A stretch of 64,000 nt of DNA from assembly GCF_018350175.1 (NCBI RefSeq), contig NC_058368.1, positions 227,418,001-227,482,000 of the forward strand. The letters are read 5' to 3'. The stretch's first letter is position 1, and every line of letters starts with the position of its first letter. A model generated the notes under the pieces. It ran no database searches. It saw only the letters and a program-made list of their open reading frames with translations, and was not told the origin of the DNA. A program made the position numbers and the translations under genes. Below are positions 23,618 through 36,300 of this stretch, piece after piece. This stretch comes from Felis catus (Eukaryota).

Positions 23618-26600
23618 TTCTCTCATTTGCTCCTGCAAACACTGCCCCACCCCCATCCCGGCCCTGCTCCTACACTGGTGACTTCTTGGGCTTCTGTTTC
23701 TCCACCTGGGGATCGAAACACAATGCAACAGTGCCTGGAACACAGGAAGTGCCATGCTGGCCCTCCTGATCCTTCCTGCAGAGTCACATGGTAGGGGAAG
23801 GCGGGCATGGGCAGAGTGGTTTCTGCCTCTGGAGTGGCTGGTTGTAAGGGTGGGTGGAAATGTTAGGGAAGCGCTGAGCAAGCCGTCTGGCAAAGCCTGA
23901 GTCCCTAGTCTGTGTTGATCATTATTTTTATTGCTACTACTGTAACCACCCTTATTCTGCAGATGAGGATGCGAGGGAGAGAGAGATTAAATATGTAAGC
24001 GGTAAAGCTGGAATCCCAAGACAGGGCAATGCGGTGCCAACACTGAGTGCCTTATCACTTGGCTGTCCTGCCTGTGAACTGTGCAGCTGAGTAAGTCTTC
24101 AAATTAACTTTGCTGCAGCAAGTGGAATTAAGACTCTTTAAAAAGAGAATTAAAATCAATTTTTCCCGCGCGTGTCAACAACTGGTTTACAACTCAAAAG
24201 CAACAGCCACAGGCAAGAATACCACGAATGAGGTGCCTTGCAAAATACGATCACAAACACGACTTGGATGATCTCATGAGTCAAATCTCATCTCCCCAAA
24301 TACAGCTGAGGGGGGATTAAAGTCTCTCATGGCAGGATCTTCACGGGGGAATCCCCCGTCCGCCAGCCCAGGGAGAGAATTCAGGGAGGATTCAGCCCTG
24401 GCCCAGCCTCTCCTCCCCTGCCCAAGAGGACCCGGGCTTGGGTGAGGCTTTACCCTGACAAACAGGAAGGAGGGCAAGGCCCCACCAGTGATCTGGTCAT
24501 TGAACACGATACAGAGAGGAAGGAGGACGAGGACCTCCCAGAAACAAGGGATGGGGGCAGGTTTTGGTGATGAAGAATCTCCAGGAAGCGAAGAGGAGAG
24601 GAAGAGAAGAGAAGCACCGTCAGAATTATGGGTTTGGCCCTTTCAGGTTCGTCAAGAGACAAAAAACCCCCAGTGTCTTTTCAGGACTTTTGGAATGGAC
24701 AACCCGGGTGGTGGCTGAAATGAGGCCGCCATGCATTTCTGTCCTATTGGAAAGTGGATTAATTAGGCCTCACACATCCCCCCAATCTTCAGCACGAAGA
24801 CACGCGAGCGACCCCAACCCATACTGTGGGAAGAAGTCATACTTAAGTAGCTAAGATATCCTGGAGTAACTGCACCAGAGCCTCCTGAAGTCAACAACGC
24901 GGCTATCTGAACGTAAAATGTGATCTGCCATCACTCAAACTATATATGGCAGATGAGACCACTGACTAGAACTGAAAAGAGGAAAAAAAAAAAAAAAGCC
25001 ACCTTTTTGTGGTAAAATTCTACTTAGAGTTTTTTCCATTCTCTAAAATGTACCAAAGCCGAAATAATTCAAACATTAAAACAGGAAACCAAAAAGAAAA
25101 AAAGAAAAAGAAAAAGAAAAAGAGCCCTGAAAACAAAACCAAAACTCACTGAAGAGCCGGAAACAGAGTGATTATGCACACGGCAGCTCCCCCCGGGAGC
25201 CCTGGGCTCCTTCTCGTGGAAACTCCTCAGTGTCTCCTTCGCCCTAGAAACTTCCAGTGACTTCCTGGGCCCAGGCAGCCCATCCATTCCTGCCTCTACT
25301 TGTCTCCCAATCTTACTCATGGTACAGCAGTCCATGGCGCCTTCTCCCCGCACACGTCCACACAGCCAACCGCATCTGGCTGTTGACTTTCTCCTGAAGC
25401 AGATCAGGGGCTACCCAGTGGGCCACAGAAGGGGGAGATTAGGCCTGAGCCAAAAGACCTAAAAGGCGATTTAACTTAGAAATTTGAGAGCACAGGGAGC
25501 GAAGAAATATGTGTATTAATGTCATCTTGTTAAAAACAACATTCAAGGTAAAAGATACTAATGTAATTTCATGACTTCAACAGCCCCTCCATGTGCATCA
25601 ATAGCATGTTATGGTTATTTAGCAGGAGGTAGGGGAGAGAGCGCCCGAGAGAGACTGCCGGATCAGGGAGCAGAGGGGAGCCTGGGGCGGGGGTGGAGGG
25701 GGGAGCCCCAGGACAGCTCCCACTCTCTGTCGCCAGAGGAGTGAAGGGGAGGGGCGTCCCACCCAGGGACAGAGGGAGCGACACAGACATTTCAGAGGCG
25801 TTGGTAAACTTTTCACACTTTTCTGAGCTGAGTTGTGGAACACCACCCGCTCTGAAAAAGTGAAGGTGGCTTCGGGGTTATCCTAACCAAAGGTTAGTAC
25901 TGCAGAGAGGCGTGATCAGAAACCCCATGGTGCCATGGACCCAGGAGGATCAGGGAAGGCCTTCCTTTCTCCTGCTAGCCCTTCCCTGGTTATACTTCCT
26001 TCCCCTAAACCCTCACCCCGGGCTGGCAGGTAGTGAAAGTCACATGCTCTGTCCTGAAGGAGCTCATGGTCAGGTGGCACAATGCCCTCCCATCAGGAAA
26101 GGCTCCTGGTCGGCTCGTCCAGGCCCACGGAGCCCCGACCCGCACACCCCACGGTCAGCACATCTGGAGGGGGGGGGGCGGCGCGTGTCTCACTGCAGGG
26201 ACTCAGAATAACAGCAGGGCCTGTGAACTGGATGCAGACATGGCAGGCAGGCCTCCATCCCCAAGCGGGTCACTTCTCTCTGAGGTTAATTCTGAGAAAC
26301 CAAGAGGCTGGGGAATAAAGCAACATAACGTACGTGAGTCCAAACAAATAAACTAAGCGGGACGTAAGCCCAAGGGTAAACACACAGAACAAATCCCGGG
26401 AGGTCGGCAAAGTGTCTCTGGAGCGTGGGGAGACCACGAGAGAGGTTTTACAAGTCAGCACAGCAGTGGAAAGGACTACGCTTAAGTGGTCTTGCTTCTT
26501 GAAAAATCACAGGCTAGCTCTTTGTTTTCAGTTACAGAGGAAATATTCAGAAAAAAATATCCTCTTAACAAGTGCGAGGTCAAAGGACTTTGTAAGCTTT

Positions 26601-27974
26601 TGTAAATTTCAGTATGAATTCTGCTCAACTAAGAAATGACAGTCTTCGACTCAGTAAAGAACTATAACCAAAAAGTGCAAGATCGGTATCACTGAGGAAG
26701 ACAGCCACCAAGGGGGAAGGTTTTTATCTTGAAAGTCATGATCAGTGAGACATTCAGCTGTAGCCCTGTCATGCAACCCACTTAGGCTCGGAGCACAATC
26801 CCCACGGGACGGGGCATGTTTTTACCCAAGGCTCCTGTTAAACTGAGCGTCAGTAAATACAACAGGAAACTGCTCCTTGCCAAACACTAACGGGGCTCTG
26901 GTGTGTGTGTGCGTGTCTGTAACAATGTCATAGCTCAGAGTTTTTCCATTTACTAGGGCAAAGTTCAGGGGTGTTAATTGCAACCCATCACTTTAAAAGA
27001 GAAGTTAAATTTTCTAATCATGCGTAGGGGATTTTGAACCCTCCCAGCTATAAAAATACAAAAGCTGGAGGTGGGATAGGCTTCTGTGGACCAGCAAGTT
27101 GTAACTCCTCCTCTGGAGAAAAATCTCAGCACGCCAGGATCACTTGCTCCACCCAGACACTCTCCTTGGGCCTGATCTGGCGAAACAAGCCAGAGACTCT
27201 GTCTTCACTCTGCCACTTTCTAGCTGTAGGACCTCAGACAAACCACTGAGCTTCAAGGATCTCGAAACATCTCTCTAATGGAGAAGACCATAGTGATAAC
27301 AGACGGTTAGATGAAAGCAAACGCCAGCCACGAAAGTGTGCTTGTAACCACAGAGGCACAGTGCAAATGGAAACTCTCCCACTGAGTCCCTGTGAGCCTC
27401 CACCTCTGGGGGTGGGAACTCACTTCCGTTGGTGGGAGACCATCTTCTTTTCGGGAATATTTCTCTCTTTATTGATCAAAGTCTATTGTTAGTCAATGAA
27501 TATAGATTAAGCTCCTCCTGCAGGCAGAACACTGGGCCAAGAGCTGACGTTACAATTGCAAACAGAAGGCTGACCTCTCCTCGTGTGTCTGGGGCATGAC
27601 CCGGGCAATGCTCCACAGAAACGTGGCTCCATCAGCAGAGGTACCACGGGTACCCGACCTAGTCCCACGTGAGCTAGAGCAGAGAGCCAGCGGGTACGGC
27701 AACAGTTCACAAGGCCAGGAAAGCAAGGGCCTTTAGACCCTTTAGAGATGCTGGTGTTACCTGAAAAGCAGGGAAAGTTCCTGAGCAAGAGGCTGGTGCG
27801 GTCAGACCTGTAACCACGCTTGAATCGTTATTGCTTGGAGTCATGAGGATCGTGTCAGGTGACTCTTCTATGCGACACCTTTAAGTCTTTCACAGAATCA
27901 CAGAATGCTTTGGGAGAAGGCGCTGGAGTTCTACTTGTTCTCCAAGGCCTGATTCACACCAGTCCCTCTGCAGA

Positions 27975-28036
27975 GCAGTGTAGACAGAGTGCTGTCCCCA
28001 CCCCCGCCCCTGGCCGCCGCACTCTGTCTACACTGC
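27975..28036. repeat. Perfect 18-bp inverted repeat with 26-nt spacer
   Basis: gcagtgtagacagagtgc (27975-27992) and gcactctgtctacactgc (28019-28036). Confidence 0.95.
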
Positions 28037-28517
28037 AGGTCAGTTAGGCATATTCGTGACTGTGTCCTCTGCTGGCCTGGAAACACCTCTGAGGTGAAAG
28101 CTGAATCTTAATTCGTGGACCTGGTCATCCGACGGCCTGTCGTGTGCACCCCTTCATCTCTGAGGTGGAGAAACTGAAGCCCAGAGAAAGCAAGTAGAAG
28201 TCTGAACTTGAACCAACAGGTTCTGACTCAAGGTCAGTGCCCTTTCAATTGACCTCATAACTGCCTTCCCGGGGCAATTCTCTCCCAAGAATTCAAAACA
28301 ACTGTAGAAGGCAGCTATCATTTCCATTGTGCCTGCTTCTCGTTGTCTCAACCAGTCCTCGTATGACACGGGCTCGAAGGGGTCTCTTGGTCGTCCGGGC
28401 CACTCTCCTCCGAACCCATTCCACACTTAAAGGGAGACCACAGGACAGAACGCAATGTCCTGAGCGTGACCCCCCAGGAGACAATCCAAAAACATGACCA
28501 CCCCTTCATGCTCGGTC

Positions 28518-28852
28518 AGGGGTCGGCCAGTTTTCTTGTATAGGGTCAGAGAGTATCTTAGGCTTGCCTGCCATCTGGTCTCTGTGTCAAGTACCCAAAT
28601 GGGCCCTGACAGAAAAACAACCATTAGACAATACACAGTGAGGCTGTGTTCCAAGAAAACCGTATTTACAGACACCGAAATCCAAAGTTCATGTAAGTTT
28701 TACAGGTGAGGAAGTGGTATTCTTTTGAGTTTTTTTCCTTTCTGACCATTAAAAAAAAAAAAAAGTCAAAACCATTCTTAGCTCACAGGCCATATAAAAA
28801 TGGAGCGGAACCAGATTCAGCCCATGGACTGTGCTTTGCCGAACCCTGTTCT
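28518..28852. mobile_element. hAT-Charlie relic (MER58-like)
   Basis: Starts caggggtcggc..ttttc.tgta.agggtcaga and ends ctgtgctttgccgaaccctg. Confidence 0.75.
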
Positions 28853-29292
28853 AGACGACACACTCCAAATAATGCACCCAGCCTGAGATTGTATCAGTCA
28901 GTATTGTACAGCTGAGAAACAAAAAGCCCTCCACTCACAAGTAGCCCTCCATCAACTAAAAGCCCCGTTGCTGGAGTAAGTGTCCCCAGCCTTCGAAGGG
29001 GGAGGCAGGGATCTGCACTTTTATCCCACCGTCCTTCAGATTTCCAGCTGGAGGTGCTTTCCAGGAGCCCTGGCTCCGCCCTCTGCCCCAGCCTTCACTC
29101 ACCTGACTGACCCCTTCCCAAGCACCACGCCTGATGGCAGGTTGGCAGCTACTGCTCAGCTCAGCCCCTCCTCCACCCTCCAGAGAGGGCCTCGGGCCTG
29201 ACCTTTTAGGTGTGAGCTCAGCTCGGGCATGGCTAGCAAGCCCATCTGGCCACACAAGTGGAACTTGCGGGTTTTATCACTGAGCTGACATT

Positions 29293-29518
29293 TAAAAAAA
29301 AAAAATTGTGTTTTTAATGTTTATTTTTTTGAGAGAGAGAGAGAGAGAGAGAGATGGAGTGTGAGCAGGGGAGGGGCAGAGAGAGAGACATAGACTCCAA
29401 AGCAGGCTCCAGGCTCCGAGCTGTCAGCACAGAGCCTGATGTGGGGCTCGAACCCATGAACCATGAGATCATGGCCTGAGCCGAAGTTGGGCATTTAACC
29501 GAGCCACCGAGGTGCCTC
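29293..29518 (-). mobile_element. CanSINE
   Basis: TSD ctgagct(g/a)acatt. Confidence 0.92.
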
Positions 29519-29736
29519 CTGAGCTAACATTGTAAAAATCTCTGACTCCTGTGTCCACCTTTCAGTTCGGCCGGGACCCGGGAAGGGAAGCAAGGGGGTG
29601 ATCACGTGTGCTGGCTCCATGCTTTTTAGACCAGGAGCAGACACGTAACCCCACGCAAGTTCATGTTCCTGGATCTGGTTCACCGCCTCAACCCGCCAGG
29701 GCTTTGGTGGTGCACTCTCAACTTTTGGACCTTTAT

Positions 29737-29760
29737 ATAATTTTTTTAAGGTTTATTTAT

Positions 29761-29812
<52 letters not shown>

Positions 29813-29969
29813 CAGTGCACGAGTCGGGGAGGAGCAGACAGAGAGGAAGACCGAATCCAAAGCAGGCTCCGGGCTCCGAGCTGTCAGCACAGAGCCCAAT
29901 AAGGGGCTTGAACTCAGGAGCCCTGAGGTCATGACCTGAGTGGAACGGACTGAGCCACCCAGGCGCCCT
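29737..29969 (-). mobile_element. CanSINE with long (GA)n
   Basis: SINE body in antisense orientation. Confidence 0.9.
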
Positions 29970-31075
29970 CACTCTTAGACCTTTCATCTCCCAATCATTT
30001 ACGAAATGTGACCAGGAGAGAACTATGGGTACACTCAGACAAGTCACCCTTCACTTTTGCCCCGAGGTGATTTTTCCATTAATCAGAACCATTTGGGCTC
30101 TGTTGCTAGTGGTTACTAATCCTTCTAATTGGCTTCCCTTCCCAAAGCCATTTTCCACTCCTTAGCCAGTGGTGTTTTTTGTTTGTTTGCTTGGTTTTTC
30201 TTGCTTTTTTACATGCAATGGGTGTGTCAGCTCCTATTTAAAAATCTGGCTTTTCTTCTTCCTCTCCCTCTTCCTCCTTCTCCTTTCTCCCTCTTCCTCC
30301 TTCGCTGCCTCCTCCCCTTATTATTATTTTGGCTTTTCTTACTTGTAGGAAAGACTGAATCCCATGAAGTGAACTGGAAAAGCCTGTAAATGAGGTGTGA
30401 GAGAGGTAATCGTGCCTCACCCCTCACCCCATCCTAGCCAAAAGTCATGGGGCACCAGTTCTGGAACCAGGAACCAGCCACACCATGTAACTCACAAACC
30501 CTAGGGACTGAGAAGTGGAGGTGGGCGCACCCCGGACAGAGGCACAAAGCAGAGCCCCTCTCTCCTCCCCAGGTCTTCCTTCCTCTCTCCTTTCACCGCC
30601 CCCTCCACCTTTACGTGGCCCTTTAGGTCTGCTCTCCACAGAAGAGACCTTCGAAACAAACTCATCAGAGCCTCCGGACCAGCAACATCCCTGCCGCCCG
30701 GGGCACTTAGGAATACAGATCCGTGGGCGGCATCATCTGTATTCTGCGAGGTCCCCAGCAATCTGCACACACGCCCAAGTCTCAGGGGCACTGGGACGGG
30801 GCGGAGGATCTCCCTTGCCCCGGGTCCACCTGTGCATTTCCTGATGTACTGGGCTGAGGCCCAGGCCCCCCGTCTTTTGTCAAGTTCCCAGGTGATTCCG
30901 ATGTGTTGCCGGCGCTGAGAAACCCGCTGGGGAGTAGGGGCCTCCTCCATCCTCGGCCGTCTCTGTCTTCCCAAGTCATATATTATCACATGCCGGTTAA
31001 TTTCCGAAATTTCCGTCAGGAGAAATCATGCCAGACAGAGTCTCACTGGTCCCAAGAAGTGTTGCCTGTGTTATG

Positions 31076-31282
31076 TGGTGCCTGGGTGGCGTAGTCAGTT
31101 GAGCGTCCGACCCTTGGCTCAGGCCACGATCGCGAGGTTCGTGAGTTTGAGCCCCGCAGTGGGCTCTGTGCTGATGGTGTGGAGCCTGCTTGGGCTTCTC
31201 TCTCTCCTCTCAGCCCCTCTCCCACTTGCGCGTGCTCTCTCTCTCCCAAAATACATAAATAAGTAAACACTGAAAAAAAAAA
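31076..31282 (+). mobile_element. CanSINE
   Basis: Body plus tail. Confidence 0.9.
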
Positions 31283-31440
31283 GACATGTTGCTTGTGTTT
31301 TGTGCCTCTTTGCTTTCAGCCAACAGGAGGGGCTAGTTTTACTAGTCAGTTGTTTTTCCATGGCAGAGCTTCGCCTATGGAAAGAGAGACTGTGCTGAAG
31401 TTAAAATGAAAGGAACCCGACCATTAATGTGGCTTCCAGC

Positions 31441-31546
31441 AAGGGTGACCAATGCATCCTGGCCTGCCTGGGACTCTCCGAGTTTTAGCACTGAAAGTTC
31501 CACATCCCAGGACATCCCTGTGGCAGGCACGCCACGGCGGTCACCC
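31441..31546. mobile_element. Short hAT MITE relic (MER96B-like)
   Basis: Inverted ends agggtgacc...ggtcaccct with internal ttttagcactgaaagt. Confidence 0.6.
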
Positions 31547-31699
31547 TTCCTCTGGGGCCCCATGCGGTCTGACCCTGATTCTTCCCCATTCTGTCCCCTC
31601 TGCCGCTTGCTCAAGAGGACGGGCTGTGAGTTCCTCCGTGAGAGCCCTCTCTGCCTCCCGCCTGCCTTCGCCCCTGCTTTCTTCTGCCTGTAATACCCT

Positions 31700-32000
31700 C
31701 CACTCCACTCTTTCTTTCTCCAGCTGTCAGCTCCAATGTCACTTCCTGTGGCAAAGCCTCTGACCCTTTCCCTCCCCCCGGGCTTGCTCAAGTCCCCGTT
31801 ACTCTCTCTCAGCACACGGCGTCTCTTCCCTTGGCGGCACTTAGCACGGTTTACACAACCGTGTCTGTGTTTGATCCGTGTCTGCCTCCCCACGTAGGTA
31901 AACGTCTTAAGGACGGGGATTGTGTCTGTTTTCTCCCTGCTTTCTTGGTGCCTAGGCACCGGGCAGACGGCTAATAAATATTTGTTGAATAAGTAAAGGA
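31700..32000 (+). mobile_element. L2 3' end
   Basis: Ends with ggtgcctaggcac...aataaatatttgttgaataa. Confidence 0.65.
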
Positions 32001-32039
32001 TTTCAGGTAATCAGGATCCAGTCCATGCGTCTCCACGAC

Positions 32040-32480
32040 AGGCACTGAGAGCTTCCCTCAGTATCTGTTCTCTCTTCCTCCGTAGAAATAAAATCCTGAC
32101 TTTGAGCCGGCTACATGGCAACTTGAATAAAGGCCACATTTCCTCCTCCCCAGGTGCTGGGTGTAGCTGTGTAAATGGATTCTCAGAAGCATTATGTGCA
32201 GTTTTCGGAAGGCTCTGCGGAGGGGAGCGTACTCCTTGTCCTCCTCCCTCTCCACCAGCTGGAATGTAAGTGTGGTGACTGGCGTTCGGCGGCCGTCTTG
32301 GACCACGAAGTAGCTAGTCATGGAAGCCACACACCGTGGAAATGACCCGGAGGAGCTGGGCCCCTGGCAACGTGGAGCCCATTTCTGGCCCTGGAAGAGG
32401 GAGCCACCTTCGAGCGGTGACACAAGAAGAATAAACTTGACTCACTTATTTGGGGTCGTTCCGTTATCCCACTATACCTA
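32040..32480 (+). mobile_element. Degraded MLT1-like LTR
   Basis: gctggaatgtaa.tgtggtgactgg...ggccgtcttggaccacga motif. Confidence 0.55.
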
Positions 32481-32888
32481 ATCCTAACTAATGGCCTCTG
32501 TCTTGGTGGTCCACTTGGAACACGTATGTCAGAAACAGTGAGCCACCAGTGTGTTTTCTGTTCCCTTAATTACACTCATGTAAATACGAAGCAGGAAATG
32601 AGAATGTGAAGCGGTCACCTAGTGGGATGGCTTGAGGACAGTGGAACGAACAGGCACCAGGGAGTCAGGAAGCCATGGTCTGGTCCACCTCAGTTTCCTC
32701 CCCTGTGAACAAGCATAGGGAGGCCAGGCCATTAACTGCCATTTCCCGTCATCCACCACAGGGCCCTTCATGTTAACTTGTTTCAGGGTTATGTTGGAGG
32801 AACAGTCACGTTGGGGCACAAGGCACAGGATTTTAAGTAGTTGTGAAGCAAGTGAGGTTCAACTATACTTAAAGCATCACTCAAAACA

Positions 32889-33321
32889 GGGCGCCCAGGG
32901 GCGCCTGGGTGGCGCAGTCGGTTAAGCGTCCGACTTCAGCCAGGTCACGATCTCGCGGTCCGTGAGTTCGAGCCCCGCGTCAGGCTCTGGGCTGATGGCT
33001 CGGAGCCTGGAGCCTGTTTCCGATTCTGTGTCTCCCTCTCTCTCTGTCCCTCCCCCGTTCATGCTCTGTCTCTCTCTGTCCCAAAAATAAATAAAACAAC
33101 GTTGAAAAAAAAATTTAAAAAAACAGGGCGCCTGGGTGGCTCAGTCGGTTGAGCGTCTGACTTCGGCTCAGGTCATGATCTCACGGTTCTGTGAGTTTGA
33201 GCCCCGCGTTGGGCTCCGTGCTGTAGGCACGGAGTCTGCTTCGGACCCCCTGTCCCTCCCCCCTCTGCCCCTCCCCCGCTTGCACACTCTCTAACACAAA
33301 TAAACCTTAAAAAAAAAAAAA
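32889..33321 (+). mobile_element. Two CanSINEs; a younger copy inserted at the head of an older one
   Basis: aaaacagggcgcc-like sequence duplicated on both sides of the first copy. Confidence 0.92.
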
Positions 33322-36300
33322 TTACTCAAAACTTGCACCATAGGAAAGATGCCCTGTAGGTACAGAAGTTACACGAGACTGTGACAAATCGGCAACTACT
33401 CCAACCCTTAGAAGCCATGCTCGATTCTACAGACTCTCACACCAGCGTTTCCCCGGAGGTGACCAGTTTCTAAAAAAAATGGCAAGAATATTTTTTTTTT
33501 AAAGGAAGGCTGAGAAGGAAACTGGGAGGGAGGGAAAAGGAGAGCTGTACCTTCACAGGTTACCGGCTCCACATTTTGAATGAATGAATCAATGAGGCAT
33601 AAATGGGAGAATACACTGGAATAGTCAAGCGAGAAGAACAAGACAGCACAGGTCAACGAGCATTTGCCGTACCAGCCCTCTATCCCAACCGTCAGCTGGG
33701 CTTAACAAAAGTGAGTTTAACACATATTTAAAAAACAAAATGGAGACATCGTGGGTGAAACTGATCTCATAAACTCTCTCGGTTTGAGTGATTTTTCTCT
33801 CTACCTTAGATTGCAGGAGAAGGATTGACATACCCGAGTCTTACGCTGCTTCAGGTGCAAAACTGAGGGACCCGACGCTTCTAGTAATAATTCCATTGGC
33901 TACAATGGCTTTTCGAGGTAAGGGGCCAGCCTCATCCTTAGCTACAAACAGTTGAACTCCAAGTTCATTTTTAAAATGCCCAGTAAAATGACAAAAGGCT
34001 GGCATCAGTGCCATCCAGCCCTTTATATCTAGATGGCGCCTGATTACATCAAGTCCGTGCCAGCACTGGCTCGCCATCTTTCCCACTTCCCCTTTCCTAT
34101 CAGCCGTCCTGCTTCCTCCAAGATTTCTACCTGTCCTAATGACCTGGGACACAGGACTTGGAAGACACAGAGTCCTCAGTTTCCCTGCCACTCTAGAGAC
34201 CTCAGGAGAAAGATGAGGTCTTCCTGTCACAGGTGCACGACTATGCCCACATTGTACCAGGTGTTATTCTACGACTTAGGGAACAATCCCCTCTTCCCCA
34301 GAAAGAAGGAATTTAGTTCACTTCTCCTAAACTTGGGGGACCAAAGCCTCCGGGAACTCTCTGCCCTGACCTAGAGGTGCAAGTTTTCAAAGACCACTGC
34401 CCGAGGAGCTCCCACCACCATGTCCCCTCTCCACCTCCATCCCATTTGTACCCACTGAGGCTGTCCCGTGCCTGGAGAGAAAGTGGGGGGCTCGTGTCCA
34501 CTGTAATGGGAACAAGAGAGGGCAGTATGCTTCTCTCTTTTTGACAGTTAACCCTTGACTTTGAATCAGATCCCACTTCTCTCTGAATTGGGGGAGGGAG
34601 ATGGGGATCTCTTGAGAAACCGATTTTCAATTACATTATTATTCCCTGTGCTAGAAGACTAACCCTAATATTCATAAAAGCCAGTTACAGGGAAAGCAGA
34701 GAGCTAATACGGTATTTTAAATTACTCTATATCTATCATCCACAATTCCACATAGACTCAAAGTCATAGATACATGGTTATATCAACAACAAAAGGCTTA
34801 CTATTAAATTCTTAATTCAGAGATTTATCGAGCATGGCACTTTACGTGCTACAGTTTCGGAGATTTTTGTTTATTACTTGAGAATCCCAGCAACAGTACT
34901 AACAGAGAATAGTCCTTAGCCTCCTAGAAATGAACATAACACCTCCTCTTATTTTAAACATGATGCCACCTGTCTCTTCTGGTTCCAATTAAATGAGAAA
35001 GTAGAAAAATGGGGTATAGATGGGCTAGAACAAGAGATTACTGGCAAAACGAGTGCATAAACAAAACACTCTTCTCTGGTGATTTATTGTGAAATAACAT
35101 CTCATGTTCTTGCATTAAGTTAATTACACATCAGTAAATGCGTGTGCCGCCTCAGTTCTGAGAACGGTTGTTTTAAGTAACTGAATATTTGCCAAAAGAT
35201 CAAGTGGACCGGAGCCAAAGGTCAAATACACCAGCCCAATAACCAACTCGCTCTGCTCAAGATGGTGAAGGGGCTTTAATAGCTACAAAGCAGCAACCAC
35301 GTATGTTGCGAGTTTCAGCTCGATCATGATGACCCTGTCATGATCTCACTTCTGTACCCCAGACCTGTGAGTTATGTGCAGCAACAAGAAGGGTGTAAAA
35401 TGGGAACCCAGCTTGAATGGCCAACAGCTGAAATGTAACCCGGAGACCAGAGCGCTCTCAGGTATGAGCCTGAGCCGAGCTTCAGGAAGCAGAAGAGGTG
35501 GAGGATTAAGAATCGGTTGTGGGTGGAGCCACGCTGCCAGGGCTGGAATCCTGGCCACCGCTTCTTAGCTGGAAACTTTGAGCAAATTCCGTAACCGTTC
35601 CGAGCGTCAGACCGGTGGCTGTAAAGATTACATAAGACTATCCATGGGCAGTGTCTCCGTGGCCAGCACCATAAAGAGAACTCAAATGCCTACTGTTCCC
35701 CTGGCGAGGACGACACGGGGTGCCGTAGGCACCCACCCACTCCGGGGAGCCAGATGAAAGGTCATTTTCAAATGCGTAACTGTGCCAATCGAAGATTTCT
35801 ACTTAGCTAAGACGCTTGGTACCAACATTTACATTTTACTTGGCACTTAATCCATTTCACGGAAATGCAAAAGTATAAAAGTGGAGCAAACAGGCTGGCA
35901 AAAAAAATACCAACCACGGACCATTTGGTTTTAGGCGTTCTGTTGTGTATGTTTTTAATTGCAGCATTTGGGTTTTGTTTGGTTTTGTTCCTAAGCCTCC
36001 AACCTAGGGAAATAGTTCTCTTTAAGGTTACAACTAGCACACAAAGGACCTCATCTCCTCCTGGGCACCCACTGGCCACTGCCAGCACCCCCTCTGCTCG
36101 TGGTTCAAGTCCTTGAGAGCAGAGGCTTGGAAGGCACCGGCTCTAGAATAAGATCACAATTCCTAGCACCCTCCGCAGTCTGCGTTGAGGAGGGAATGTG
36201 CGCGCACCCCCCCACCCCGATCCTCATAACTCTTCTCGCCAGGGACCAGCCGCCTGGTCCTTAGCTGTTCTGACCTGCCCCCTCTCCCTTTAAACACAGA

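Noticed and set aside
31375..31959. 194-aa minus-strand ORF
   Set aside because: It overlaps L2 and MITE relics and has no recognisable domain.
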